From the NCBI RefSeq assembly GCF_963921235.1, contig NC_086108.1, positions 96,846,001 to 96,910,000 of the forward strand: DNA of 64,000 nt, given 5' to 3'. The stretch's first letter is position 1, and the number at the start of each line of letters is the position of its first letter. The translations under genes and the position numbers were made by a program. Positions 35,775-46,532 of the stretch are shown piece after piece. Source of the stretch: Mobula hypostoma. Taxonomy: Eukaryota. Below the pieces are notes generated by a model, which was not told the DNA's origin, ran no database searches, and saw only the letters and a program-made list of their open reading frames with translations.

Positions 35775-37344
35775 GTGCTTTAAGTTTGCACACTAATCTC
35801 CTGTGTGGGATCTTGTCAAAAGCCTTTTGAAAATCCAAACATACCACATCCACTGGTTCTCCCCTATCCACTCTACTAGTTACATCCTCAAAAAATTCTA
35901 TGAGATTCGTCAGACATGATTTTCCTTTCACAAATCCATGCTGACTTTGTCCGATGATTTCACCGCTTTCCAAATGTGCTGTTATCACATCTTCGATAAC
36001 TGACTCTAGCAGTTTCCCCACCACCGATGTTAGGCTAACCGGTCTATAATTCCCTGGTTTCTCTCCCTCCTTTTTTAAAAATTGGGGTTACATTAGCTAC
36101 CCTCCAATCCTCAGGAACTAGTCCAGAATCTAAAGAGTTTTGAAAAATTATCACTAATGCATCCACTATTTCTTGGGCTACTTCCTTAAGCACTCTGGGA
36201 TGCAGACCATCTGGCCCTGGGGATTTATCTGCCTTTAACCCCTTCAATTTACATAATACCACTTCCCTGCTAACATGTATTTCCCTCAGTTCCTCCATCT
36301 CACTGGACCCTCTGTTCCTTACTATTTCTGGAAGATTATTTATGTCCTCCTTAGTGAAGACAGAACCAAAGTAATTATTCAATTGGTCTGCCATGTCCTT
36401 GCTCCCCATAATCAATTCACCTGTTTCTGTCTGCAGGGGACCTACATTTGTCTTAACCAATCTTTTCCTTTTCACATATCTAGAAAAGCTTTTACAGTCA
36501 GTTTTTACGTTCCCTGCCAGTTTTCTCTCATAATCTTTTTTCCCCTTCCTAATTAAGTCCTTTGTCCTCCTCTGCTGAACTCTGAATTTCTCCCAGTCCT
36601 CAGGTGAGCCACTTTTTCTGGCTAATTTGTATGCTTCTTCTTTGGAATTGATACTATCCCTAATTTCCCTTGTCAGCCATGGGTGCACTACCTTCCTTGA
36701 TTTATTCTTTTGCCAAACTGGGATGAACAATTGTTGTAGTTCATCCATGGGATCTTTAAATGCTTGCCATTGCATATCCACCGTCAACCCTTTAAGTGTC
36801 ATTTGCCAGTCTATCTTAGCTAATTCATGTCTCATACCTTCAAAGTTACCCTTCTTTAAGTTCAGAACCTTTGTTTCTGAATTAACTATGTCACTCTCCA
36901 TCTTAATGAAGAATTCCACCATATTATGGTCACTCTTACCCAAGGGGCCTCTCACGACAAGATTGCTAATTAACCCTACCTCATTGCTCAATACCCAGTC
37001 TAGAATAGCCTACTCTCTTGTTGGTTCCTCGACATGTTGGTTCAAAAAACCATCCCGCATACATATATGTACTTCAATGTATTTTTATTGTAGAAGGAAT
37101 AAAGTGGTCACTACATTTGTAGACTATTACCAATCACTATATGGATTACTACTAATTATTCATGATTAATATTAAATGATGTGTCTGAAGCCACAGGATG
37201 TAAAACATCCAAGTATACTGGGAATTTGCTAACTGGGAAGTGACTTGTGAGGGCCCGAAAATCATCCAGTGTGAAGGGAATTAGCAAGAAGTGGAGAAAA
37301 AAGTGAGGCTATCCATTTTGCAAGAAAGAATAGAAAAAATGCTT

Positions 37345-38110
37345 TTAATCTTCCTCACCAGGAGACCACAGTCGGCGCGGGTCGGTAATAACATCTCCTT
37401 GCTGACAGTGAGCACCAGCACACCCCAAGGATACATGCTTAGCCTGCTGCTCTACATCCAGGACTGTGGCTAGGCACAGTTCGAACACCATCTATAAATT
37501 TGCTGATGACACAGCTGCTGTTGGCAGAATCGCAAATGGTGACAGGGAGATGTACAGGAGTGAGATAGATTACTGGTATACCGAAGTGAGACAGAATGGT
37601 CTTGCAGCCTTGTACTTAACATCAGTAAGACAAAAGAATCTATCCTGTGCCCAGCATATTGATGCAATTACGAAGCAGGCACATCAAAGGCCTGATTCAT
37701 TCAAAGTTTGAGATTTGGTATGTCACCAAAGACTCTTGCAAATTTCTACAGATGTACAGTAGAGAGTATTCTGACTGGTTGCATCACCCTGTTATGGAGG
37801 GGCCACTGCACAGGATTGGAAAAAGCTGGTGAAGGTTGCAAACTCAGCCAGCTATCATGGGCACTAGCTTACTAAGCATCGAGGACATCTTCAAAAGGCG
37901 ATATCTCAATAAGGTGGCATCCATTATTAAGAACTCCTATCACATGCTGTCTTCTTATCACTACCATCAGAGAGGAGGTACAAGAGCCTGAAGGTGCATG
38001 CTCAATGATTTAGGAACTAATTCTTCCCCTCTGCCATCAGATTTCTGAATAATGAACCAACCCTATCAACACTTACTCACTATTTTAACTTTATTTTTGC
38101 ATTACTTATT
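37345..38110 (+). mobile_element. Rex1/Babar LINE fragment, degenerate
   Basis: Peptides FLTRRPQSARVGNNIS..STPQG and IYKFADDTAAVGRI, followed by a Rex1-type C-terminus and 3' UTR. Confidence 0.75.
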
Positions 38111-38114
38111 TAGT

Positions 38115-38162
38115 TATATACATACGTGTGTGTGTGTGTGTGTGCGCGCGCGCGCGTGCATG
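38115..38162. repeat. Compound (TA)(TG)n(CG)n microsatellite
   Basis: 48 bp of unbroken purine/pyrimidine alternation. Confidence 0.9.
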
Positions 38163-39326
38163 GATATTAAACCTGATTTTGATTCTGATTCAGTGAGAAT
38201 CTCATAGATCTTGGTGTAAAAGTGATTATTTGATAGTCTATAATTACAAACATTTGTAGATGTAGAAACTTAAAAAAAAGGGTTAGGAAGGCAAAAGATG
38301 CATTGCTCTTCATTGTAAAGTGAGTTTGCACGACAAAAGTTTCAGCAAAACTTCCCTCCTTTAAAGTTTGTGAAATCCTAAATGAGTACCTTGTACTGTT
38401 TTGATTTCTGTATGTAAATGAAGAAAATACTTGCATTGGAGTCCATGCACCATAAAATCAGAGGTTTAATTCTTGGGATGAGGTTGTTCTCCCATGAGAA
38501 AAGATTGATTTGACAATAATTTTCTAGAATTAGAGTATTGAGATGTGTAAAGCTCTGAGGGCAAATGACAGAATAATTGGCTGAAGGCTGTTTTATGTAA
38601 CTGGACAGCATAGAAATAAGGAGTATAGTCTCAGGATCAGGGGTTTTATTTTGCCTTGCTTTTGAATGGTATAACAGAATCATGGGGTCATATGTTCCTT
38701 GTGACATTCTGCTAACGATTGGCAATTGAACATTAAGGACTGCAATGAATCAAAAAGGCAACTCATCATCACCTTCTCAAGGGAAATTAGGGATAGCTAT
38801 ACACGTTGGTCTTCCCAGTAATTTCTAGATCTTGTAAATGAATTAAAAGTATCACGAATATTTAATAGAATCCGAAGAGATTAGAATTTTGCGTCTAAAT
38901 CCTAGTCTCTGGAGATTAGAGCTTCAAATTTACATCAGTTCCTGCATAAACTTATCTGAAAACTTCTCATTTACCTATCACCCTCTTGCTTTTGGTAACA
39001 TATTCTATATTCTGGGGGAGGTGGTGAAAGTTGTAATGCTGTACTTGTGGAACATTGGTTGTCTGAACTGACATTGTTATGGCATTTTATTCATGGATCT
39101 CGTTTCCTGTCAGTTTGGCTCCCAGTTAAGAAAGCTGAACCTTGACATTGTTTTTTTTTAGAATTATCTTGATTAACCAACCCCACCAAAGCAGAATAGT
39201 TGGATATTTATCTCTGCTTTCACAATTATTTGCATTTGTTGGTAAAGCAGCGTTGACTGCCCTTAATTGATATCCTGTGAAGTGTTTTGAGAAGTTTGTT
39301 GTATAGATTCATATTCGTTCTTGTAT

Positions 39327-39660
39327 ATTCATCATCATAATGAGCCGTACATCATATTTTGAGCCCATGTTCTTGACAAATTTTCCTATAGAAGTGCTTT
39401 GCCATTGTCTCCTTCTGGGCAGTGTCTTTACAGAATGGGTGACCCCAGCTATTATCAATGCTCTTCAGAGATTGCCTGCATCAGTGGTTGCATAACTAGA
39501 ACTTGTGATATGCACCAGCTGCTCATACGACCATCCACCACCTGTTCCCATGGCTTCATGTGTCCCTGATCAGGTGTTACACCTTGCCCAGTGGTGACCT
39601 GCAGGCTAGTGGAGGGAAGGAGTGCCTTACACCTCCTTTGGTAGAACATATTTCCACTCT
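39327..39660 (-). mobile_element. RTE/BovB-related short non-autonomous element
   Basis: (CAT)n end, and AGAAGTGCTTTGCCATTGTCTCCTTCTG resembling the RTE/BovB 5'-UTR motif. Confidence 0.45.
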
Positions 39661-39864
39661 GTCACTTACCTACCGTGCATATTATGGGTTCTTAAAAGCT
39701 CAGGATCAAAAATAGGATAGTACACAAAATATAGAAAAGTATAGCACAGGAACAGGCTCTTCGACCCATGATGTCACTATCAATCATAAATTTAACTATT
39801 CCATTGGTTGATTGTGTTTTGAATTGTCCTGCAGATCAGCTCTGCTCTACCCGAGATGCAACAT

Positions 39865-40395
39865 TGTATTGAGAAGATTTGGGAAAAGTGTTGGGCAATG
39901 ACACAGTTTAGAGAGTGGCTGAAGTGTAGCTTGTACAGTTGCTGCCTCACAGCTTCTCACCAACTGCTTTCAGTCTTAGTTCTCTGGTTTTGCCTGTGTG
40001 GAGTCAGCATATTGTCTCTGTGACTAAGTAGGTTTCCTCTGGGTGCTGCAGTCTTTGCACATTCCCAAGGTGTGTAGATTTCTGCTGAAGAGTTCTTCAG
40101 TCCTGATTAAGGGTTTTGGTCCGAAACGTCAACAATACTCTTTTTCCATAGAAGCTGCCATAGATGTTGCCTGGCCTGCTGACTTCCTCCAGCATTTTGT
40201 GTGTGTTGTGTGTTGGTTAGTGGTTTAATTGCTCACTGTGAATTGTCCTTAATGTATAGGTGAGTGTTAGAATTGGAAATAAGATATGTGGAGTTGATGG
40301 ATGTGTGGGGAGAATAAAATGAAGTTTTGAGTAAATGGCTGCTTCATGGTTGGAATAACTCATTGGATTGAAGGGCTTGTTTCTATGTTGCATGA
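39865..40395 (+). mobile_element. HE1/V-SINE-like tRNA SINE with a nested PLE-terminus repeat (~40080-40210)
   Basis: GCTGCCTCACAGC..TGTGTGGAGT..GGTTTCCTCTGGGTGCTGCAG body and a CR1-like tail. The PLE-derived piece interrupts it. Confidence 0.6.
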
Positions 40396-40718
40396 GCGGG
40401 TGGCTTTGCTTGACACAAATTGGTTATGGGTCTGGTGTTTATGGTGATATAGGGATATCTTTGAATATGCGAAGAATATGCCACAGTCCCTTTTGATCAA
40501 CAAAGTCAAAGGCTATAGATAATCCTGTACCTAGCATCACTTTATGTACATTCAATCGGTTTATGTATCTAAGCTAATCTTATGTATTTATATTTTTTAT
40601 GCTTATTGTGTTTTTTTTAAGGCTACATTGGATCTGGGGTAACAAATATTTTGTTCTTTTACAGTTGTGTGCTGACAAATGACAATAAAGGTCAGAAAAA
40701 CAATGTACATTAACTGAA

Positions 40719-41261
40719 CGCAAACACGAGGAAATCTGCAGATGCTGGAAATTCAAGCAACACACACAAAAAATGCTGGTGAACGCAGCAGGCTAGGCAG
40801 CATCTATAGGAAGAGGTACAGTTGATGTTTCGGGCCGAGACCCTTCGTCAGGACTAACTGAAAGAAGAGATAGTAAGAGATTTGAGGGGGGAGGGGGAGA
40901 TCTGAAATGATAGGAGAAGACAGAAGGGGGAGGGCTGGAGCTAAGAGCTGGAAAGTTGATTGGCAAAAGGGATACAAGGCTGGAGAAGGGAGAGGATCAT
41001 GGGATGGGAGGCCCAGGGAGAAAGAAAGGGGGAAGGGAGCCCAGAGGTTGAGCAAGGAGTTATAGTGAGAGGGACAGAAAGAGGAAAAAAAAGAGAGAAA
41101 TAAATAAGGGATGGGGTATGAAGGGGAGGTGGGGCATTAACGGAAGTTTGAGAAGTCAGTGTTCATGCCATCAGGTTGGAGGCTACCCAGACAGAATATA
41201 AGGTGTTGTTCCTCCAACCTGACCCCTTCATACCCCATTCCTTATTTATTTATTTATCTAT

Positions 41262-41292
<31 letters not shown>

Positions 41293-41649
41293 CTGACTGA
41301 CTGACTCACTTTTTTTCCTCCCTCTGTCCCTCTCACTATAACTCCTTGCTCATCCTCTGGGCTCCTCTCCCCCTTTCTTTCTCCTTTGGCCTCCCGTCCC
41401 ATAATCCTCTCCCTTCTCTAGCCTCGTATCCCTTTGCCAATCAACTTTCTAGCTCTTAGCTCCATCCCTCCCCCTCCTGTCTTCTCCTATCATTTCAGAT
41501 CTTCCCCCTTCCCCTTCCACTTTTAAATCTCTTACTATCTCTTCTTTCAGTTAGTCCTGACGAAGGGTCTCGGCCCGAAACGTTGACTGTACCTCTTCCT
41601 ATAGATGCTGCCTGGCCTGCTGCGTTCCATCAGCATTTTTTGTGTGTGT
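40719..41649. mobile_element. Penelope-derived fold-back element: two inverted terminal segments
   Basis: The left arm ~40759-41126 is the inverse of the right arm 41223-41650, with a short PLE spacer. Hammerhead motifs at 40820-40855 (-) and 41553-41588 (+). Imperfect TSD TACATTAACTGAA / TACATTAAAACTGAA. (TTTA)n expansion at 41241-41292. Confidence 0.85.
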
Positions 41650-41719
41650 TACATTAAAACTGAAGCTGCTTTCTTGCATTTCTCCTGGAGCTGATTTGCA
41701 GTGAGGTTTATGTCTGGTG

Positions 41720-41935
41720 GGCAGCATAGCAGTTACCATGACACTATGAGAGCATCAGTGATCAGAGTTCAATTCCGCCACTGCCTGAAAGGAGTTTGTG
41801 TATTCTCCTGATCATCCAGGTGCTTCGGTTTTCGCACACATTCCAAAGACGTACGTTAGGTTAGTTGGTTGAATGGGTATGATTGGGCAGCATGGGCTCG
41901 TTGAACCAGAAGGGTCTGTTATTGTGCTGCCTGTG
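41720..41935 (+). mobile_element. HE1/V-SINE-like tRNA SINE
   Basis: B-box-like GAGTTCAATTCC, GGAGTTTGTGTATTCTCC body and CR1-like tail. Confidence 0.6.
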
Positions 41936-42169
41936 TATGTGTGTGTGTATATATATAAAAATGGCCACTATAATGCTGAGTGGATTTCACATTATCATTC
42001 AGAGTCTAGCTTTGGCGAGGTGGTTGACGATTCCACTTACAATGACTTTCCTTGTGGTAAACAGCTGAGAGCACTGCTTTTGTTTGTGTAATCACAGTTT
42101 ACTTTCTTGAAAATGGTCATGCTCATGTGTCTGAGGTCTCCTGTCTCGTTGTTCTCCTCCCAGGCATGG

Positions 42170-42690
42170 GAGACCTCAAATCTAGCACAAAGCTTCCAGT
42201 CTATCACGTAGCAGTGATCCCTACCCATCTGTGTGCCTCTGAGGCATGGACTATCTCTTTCGGACATTATAAAGCACTGGAGAGGTACCATCTGCACTGT
42301 CTGCAAAATTCTGAATTTAACTAGCAGAGAAATCAAGTTAATATTGGCAAAATCTTGCATGCCAAAATTTTAATTTACATTTGTGTGGCTTTGATGGCAG
42401 ACTGTTGTTTGTAGGCCTAATAATGAGACTCACTATTGCAAGTTCATTTAAGGGAAGTGATTACCAGGTGGGCAGGGGAAATGGTTCAAGACTGTTTTAC
42501 AAAAAAATCTCTGAAAAGTTGGAACATCCTCCCTTACTCCTGGTATTGGTGGGGCATATCAACTTGCACATGACTGTTCAAAATGACATTGAGAACCTCG
42601 GGTCCCTTTACTGGGAGCGATGGAAAGTTAATGTGATTAGTGGAACGAAGATTAATACCTGGCCAGTCAAGGATCTCCTGTCCCACCTGT
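42170..42690 (+). mobile_element. Degenerate RTE-clade LINE fragment
   Basis: VYHVAVIPTHLCASEAWT..KALERYHLHCL resembles the RTE motif VYRAVVLPTLLYGSETWT..LERFHQRCL. Confidence 0.6.
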
Positions 42691-43049
42691 GGCAGGATTT
42701 GTCCTCAGTATCTTCTTTGAAGGTGATAAAACTATAATAGAAGGAAATTAGCCTCTCCATCAAGGAATTGCTGAAAATTGTATTTATTTTGTTTCCTTAT
42801 TATTTAGAAAAGCGGCATGAAGAAGGCTCTTCTGGCCCAATGAGCCGTATCACCGAGCAATCCTCTTATTTAATCCTAGCCTAATCACAGTACAATTTGC
42901 AATGACCAATTAACCAGTTCATCTGTGAACTGTGGGAGTATGAAGAACTACGTATGAGATTTCATACTTCCTAACCAAAGGCCCCATTCCCATTTTGTCT
43001 ACACTTTTACTCCTTTTGTGTTTCATTAGCTGTTGACTCCTTGTTTTAT

Positions 43050-43258
43050 TAACACGCACAAAATGCTGGAGGAATTTAACAGGTCAGGTAGCAACTATGG
43101 AAAAGAGTAAACAGTTAACGTTTCAGGCCGAGATCCTTCTTGGCCCGAAAAGTCAATTGTATACTCTTTTCCATAGATGCTGCCTGACCTACTGAGATCC
43201 TCCAGAATTTTGTGCGTGTTGCTTGGATTTTCTGCACCTGCAGATTTTCTCGTGCTTG
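43050..43258. mobile_element. Palindromic Penelope-terminus-derived short repeat
   Basis: AACACGCACAAAATGCTGGAGGA..CTATGGAAAAGAGTA is inverted against TACTCTTTTCCATAG..TCCTCCAGAATTTTGTGCGTGTT. Confidence 0.75.
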
Positions 43259-46200
43259 TTTTATTAGCTGTCTTTTGTTCCTTTGTGCTTCTCATTGCTG
43301 TTCCTTGTACCATGCTATTTCATTACTAGTGGGTCAGAAAGTCAGTGATACAGCAATAGATGTATCTACTTTAATCTTTTTTTTAGTTTTTTAATTAATT
43401 GAAGAATCTTCCAACTCACCATATTCTAGTTATCTAGTTCAGCTTCAGGCAGTTTGTTTCTGCTGTGCATGGATGGGACCCAGGTCTTCACCTCATTGGC
43501 TCTTGAAGACGCCATCTGCAATATACTGATCATGATAATTTATGCTGTACAACTATTCTGTTTTTTTTTGTAAAAAGGCTAGAAAAGGAACGAGAAAGTA
43601 AAATACTGATTTCCAGTATCACAGTGCCTGAGCTAGCATTCAATTTGGTGCTGAAGAAAACAAATAAAGAGATTCCAAACTATTTTATTATAAAGACTCA
43701 ATCATAGCTTAATCCCTACACCACGTCGTGGCTTCTTTCTGAAGAACATAAGCAGCAGGTGAAATCTTTCTAAAGAGCAAAAATAGAATTAAGGAAAGAG
43801 GAGGTTAGCATTGTGCCTTTTGTAGCTTCCTCATGAGTGTTCTTTATTCTTTGGATATAAAGATTGTAATTTTGTTGTATTAATTGAATATTACAATGGG
43901 CAGTTTGCTCTTGATCTTTGAAACCCCTGGATAATAGTGAAAACTAACTATAATTTGCTATCTGAGATGGATCAGTATAACAAAGACTTGTTGAAGTATT
44001 GACACTATTGTCTTTATATGAATAAAATAATTTTTTTCATGGGTTCTCTGTTGGCACACTTACCTCAGAAATATTAGTCAAATGTAATCATAGAAAATTG
44101 TCCTCTAAGCTGGTCATGTTGATTTAATTTTGGATGACTGTTCCATTTTAAATAATTGTTAGAGAACAAAAAGTGGGCAACATACCTCTGATGACAGAGA
44201 GGTTGTACTTAATCTGCATTACTAAATGACCCAGGAAGGCTGCTCAAAGGGATTACAGAATAATTATGTTAATATGCAATTATCACCTCATTTTTTCTGC
44301 ATTACCCTCAAGATGTAGTGCAATATGGGTGTTATAGCAAGTGCTGATAGTTTGCAAAAATACTGACATTTGAGATTTCTAAGGAAAGTCAATAAGGATA
44401 GCTTCATTATGGTCTCTTATCATAATGAATAAAAATTCTGACCTTTATATGCGTGTTTTGTTCATGAGCATGGCTTTTGTTTGTGATTTGGATGCAGAGC
44501 TATAAAGGAAGGTATCCACATTCATTGCAGTATTGAAGGGAATCCAGCATATGCTGCAAGGTCTGCACTTTCAACAATATTTTATGTTGTAATTTGTGAA
44601 TTTAATGACTTGTCAAACACCCCAATAATGAGTGCACAAAGAATTCATACTGCTGCTTTATGTTTATATTGCACTGGTATCTTTTAATTTTGTTGATTTT
44701 TATTATCCTTACAGAATTTAATTAGATGGTTTTATCCTTCTCCACCCTGGACCTTGATTTAAAAGCACATAAGGTTATTAAGTTATGGGACTTGGATGTG
44801 CTGCTTCTATGTAACTTGTAGATAGTGCTGTTAATATAAAACTTCCAATAATGAGAACAGCAATCTGAGACCATTCGTGATTTTGTGAGGGTTTGCTATC
44901 CTGCTGTTCAGAGGGTACCACTGAAGTTTGCTTTAAGTGGGAAACGTCTGTTCTTTCTTTGAACCCCTAACACCAGAACAGATGGGTAGAATATGGAGCA
45001 CGGAAGGTTTTACCTCTGAGGTGGTAACAGTGAAGCCACCACTCATTAACACTGAATTTACCACTTCGTTAGCAACGTTGCTTCCTGTTGAGAAAAGCTA
45101 GTTCAGGTACAGCATATTAAATTAACTGAGCATACATTTGGCTATGGATCTTGGACACCAGAGTCATTTTGAAATTAAAGCTTTCACCATTTCTGTGTGT
45201 GTTTCAGCTGGTTTAAATGCTTGTTATTTTTTTTTGTTTGATTACAAATTAAATGAGAGCTTTTGGAAGGAAGGATGTGTTATAAAACTCCCATTGCTCA
45301 CTGTCACAGCAATTAATTTTACAGCACTTGTTCTGTACAGGTTGCTCATATTGATTAAAATCAGTTAAGGTAAATGAGACAAACATTATAGCATTTCCAG
45401 GCTTGTTTTCCTATTCATTGACATTTTCAGTCGTGATTCTTAGCACCTGTTTGTACGTGCCCACCCCTTAGCTTCTGCTGCGTATTTAACACAGAGACTC
45501 ATGCTGGGAACTGTTTTAGCACCATTTTAGAGTGATAACATTGAATATGATCTCATTGGAAGTGTATTTTGTTCCCATGGAAATTGGTCAATTTTAGCAG
45601 CAGCTGAGAGTTTTGAAGGGGAAACAGGAAGGTTGTAACTAAAATGTGTGGAATTTTGATTCTTCACACATAATTAAAGTCCCCAGTATTTGAGAACGAC
45701 AGCAGGAATCGTTTTTCTTCAGCAACAGACAAGATGTAGATATAATAGTTGTTGAAACCACTAATCTCTTGGTTGATGAAGCAGTTGCACCTTTTAACTC
45801 AGTTGATTTAAGTCTTTATAATTATTTTATCCATGCAGTTAAACTAAGGTAAAATATTACAAATAAAATTTAATTGTTTTAAAAATTCTGTTGAGCACTA
45901 ATATATAATTGAATGCATTCTTGAGATTTTGAATGATTTATAAGCCTATAAAGGCTTATAGGATAAACTTATTTAATAATTTACAAATTTCTATTCTGAT
46001 TAAATAATACACATTAGAGATATAAAACTGTAGCTTAAATATATTTTTCTTTGACAATGTTAAACATTTAAGCAGTGTTGTATAAAAATGTATGATTAAA
46101 ATTACAAGTGTAGAGAAATACACAGATCAAAATAATACTAAGGGAATAAAGAAGTAGAAGGAACTCATACTTTTAGTGTTCAGCCATGTTATTATTTAAT

Positions 46201-46532
46201 TGGCATTTAAATTTTTTATAGTTTTGCATACCAGGTTAACCCAAAGCCTTTGGGTAGTTCACTTGTCTCAGAGATCTCTATTATGGTTATGACTTTATTG
46301 CATTTCATCATAAAAGGCCTGTCTAATACCTTGATAATGCTATAACCACAAAAATTGTATCTTTCCTTTGTGTATTGCTGTATTACTGATGATAATTTTC
46401 TATGTCTGCTACAACTGCGTTAATGGTGGACGGATGTTGACTTTTTAAGAAATTCATCGATATTCATCATTTTTAAATGGTTTGCTTTGTACTTGTATCT
46501 GTGTAATAATTGTTGTTTTTTATTACTTTCAG

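Larger units (their letters stand above)
32213..37064 (-). mobile_element. Young CR1 LINE (~2.4 kb of CR1 sequence), interrupted by a Penelope element
   Basis: ORFs 36044-36991 (SDHN endonuclease end, KSPGPDG), ~35775-36024 (QHGF, LDFQKAFD), 32731-33351 and 32400-32777. ATAGAAAC tail at 32213. Confidence 0.95.
23920..37076 (+). mobile_element. Rex1/Babar-type LINE split into six pieces by nested insertions (~23920-25020, 25876-26512, 27638-27656, 28300-28421, 32166-32212, ~37062-37076)
   Basis: Peptides KQKPWMNHEI, ATGPDG, YRPVALKSTVM*CFERLVMKHI, DYSSAFNT and ORF 26114-26425 (ITAWYG..LQKV..LLPSGR..TTRFRNSY). The RT and 3' UTR read continuously across each insertion site. Confidence 0.8.

Noticed and set aside
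46510..46532. TTG start and MLFFITFR N-terminus of the 1089-aa ORF; also the KFHPYL* end after 49756
   Set aside because: These are the intronic polypyrimidine tract/acceptor and the read-through past the GTAAGT donor.
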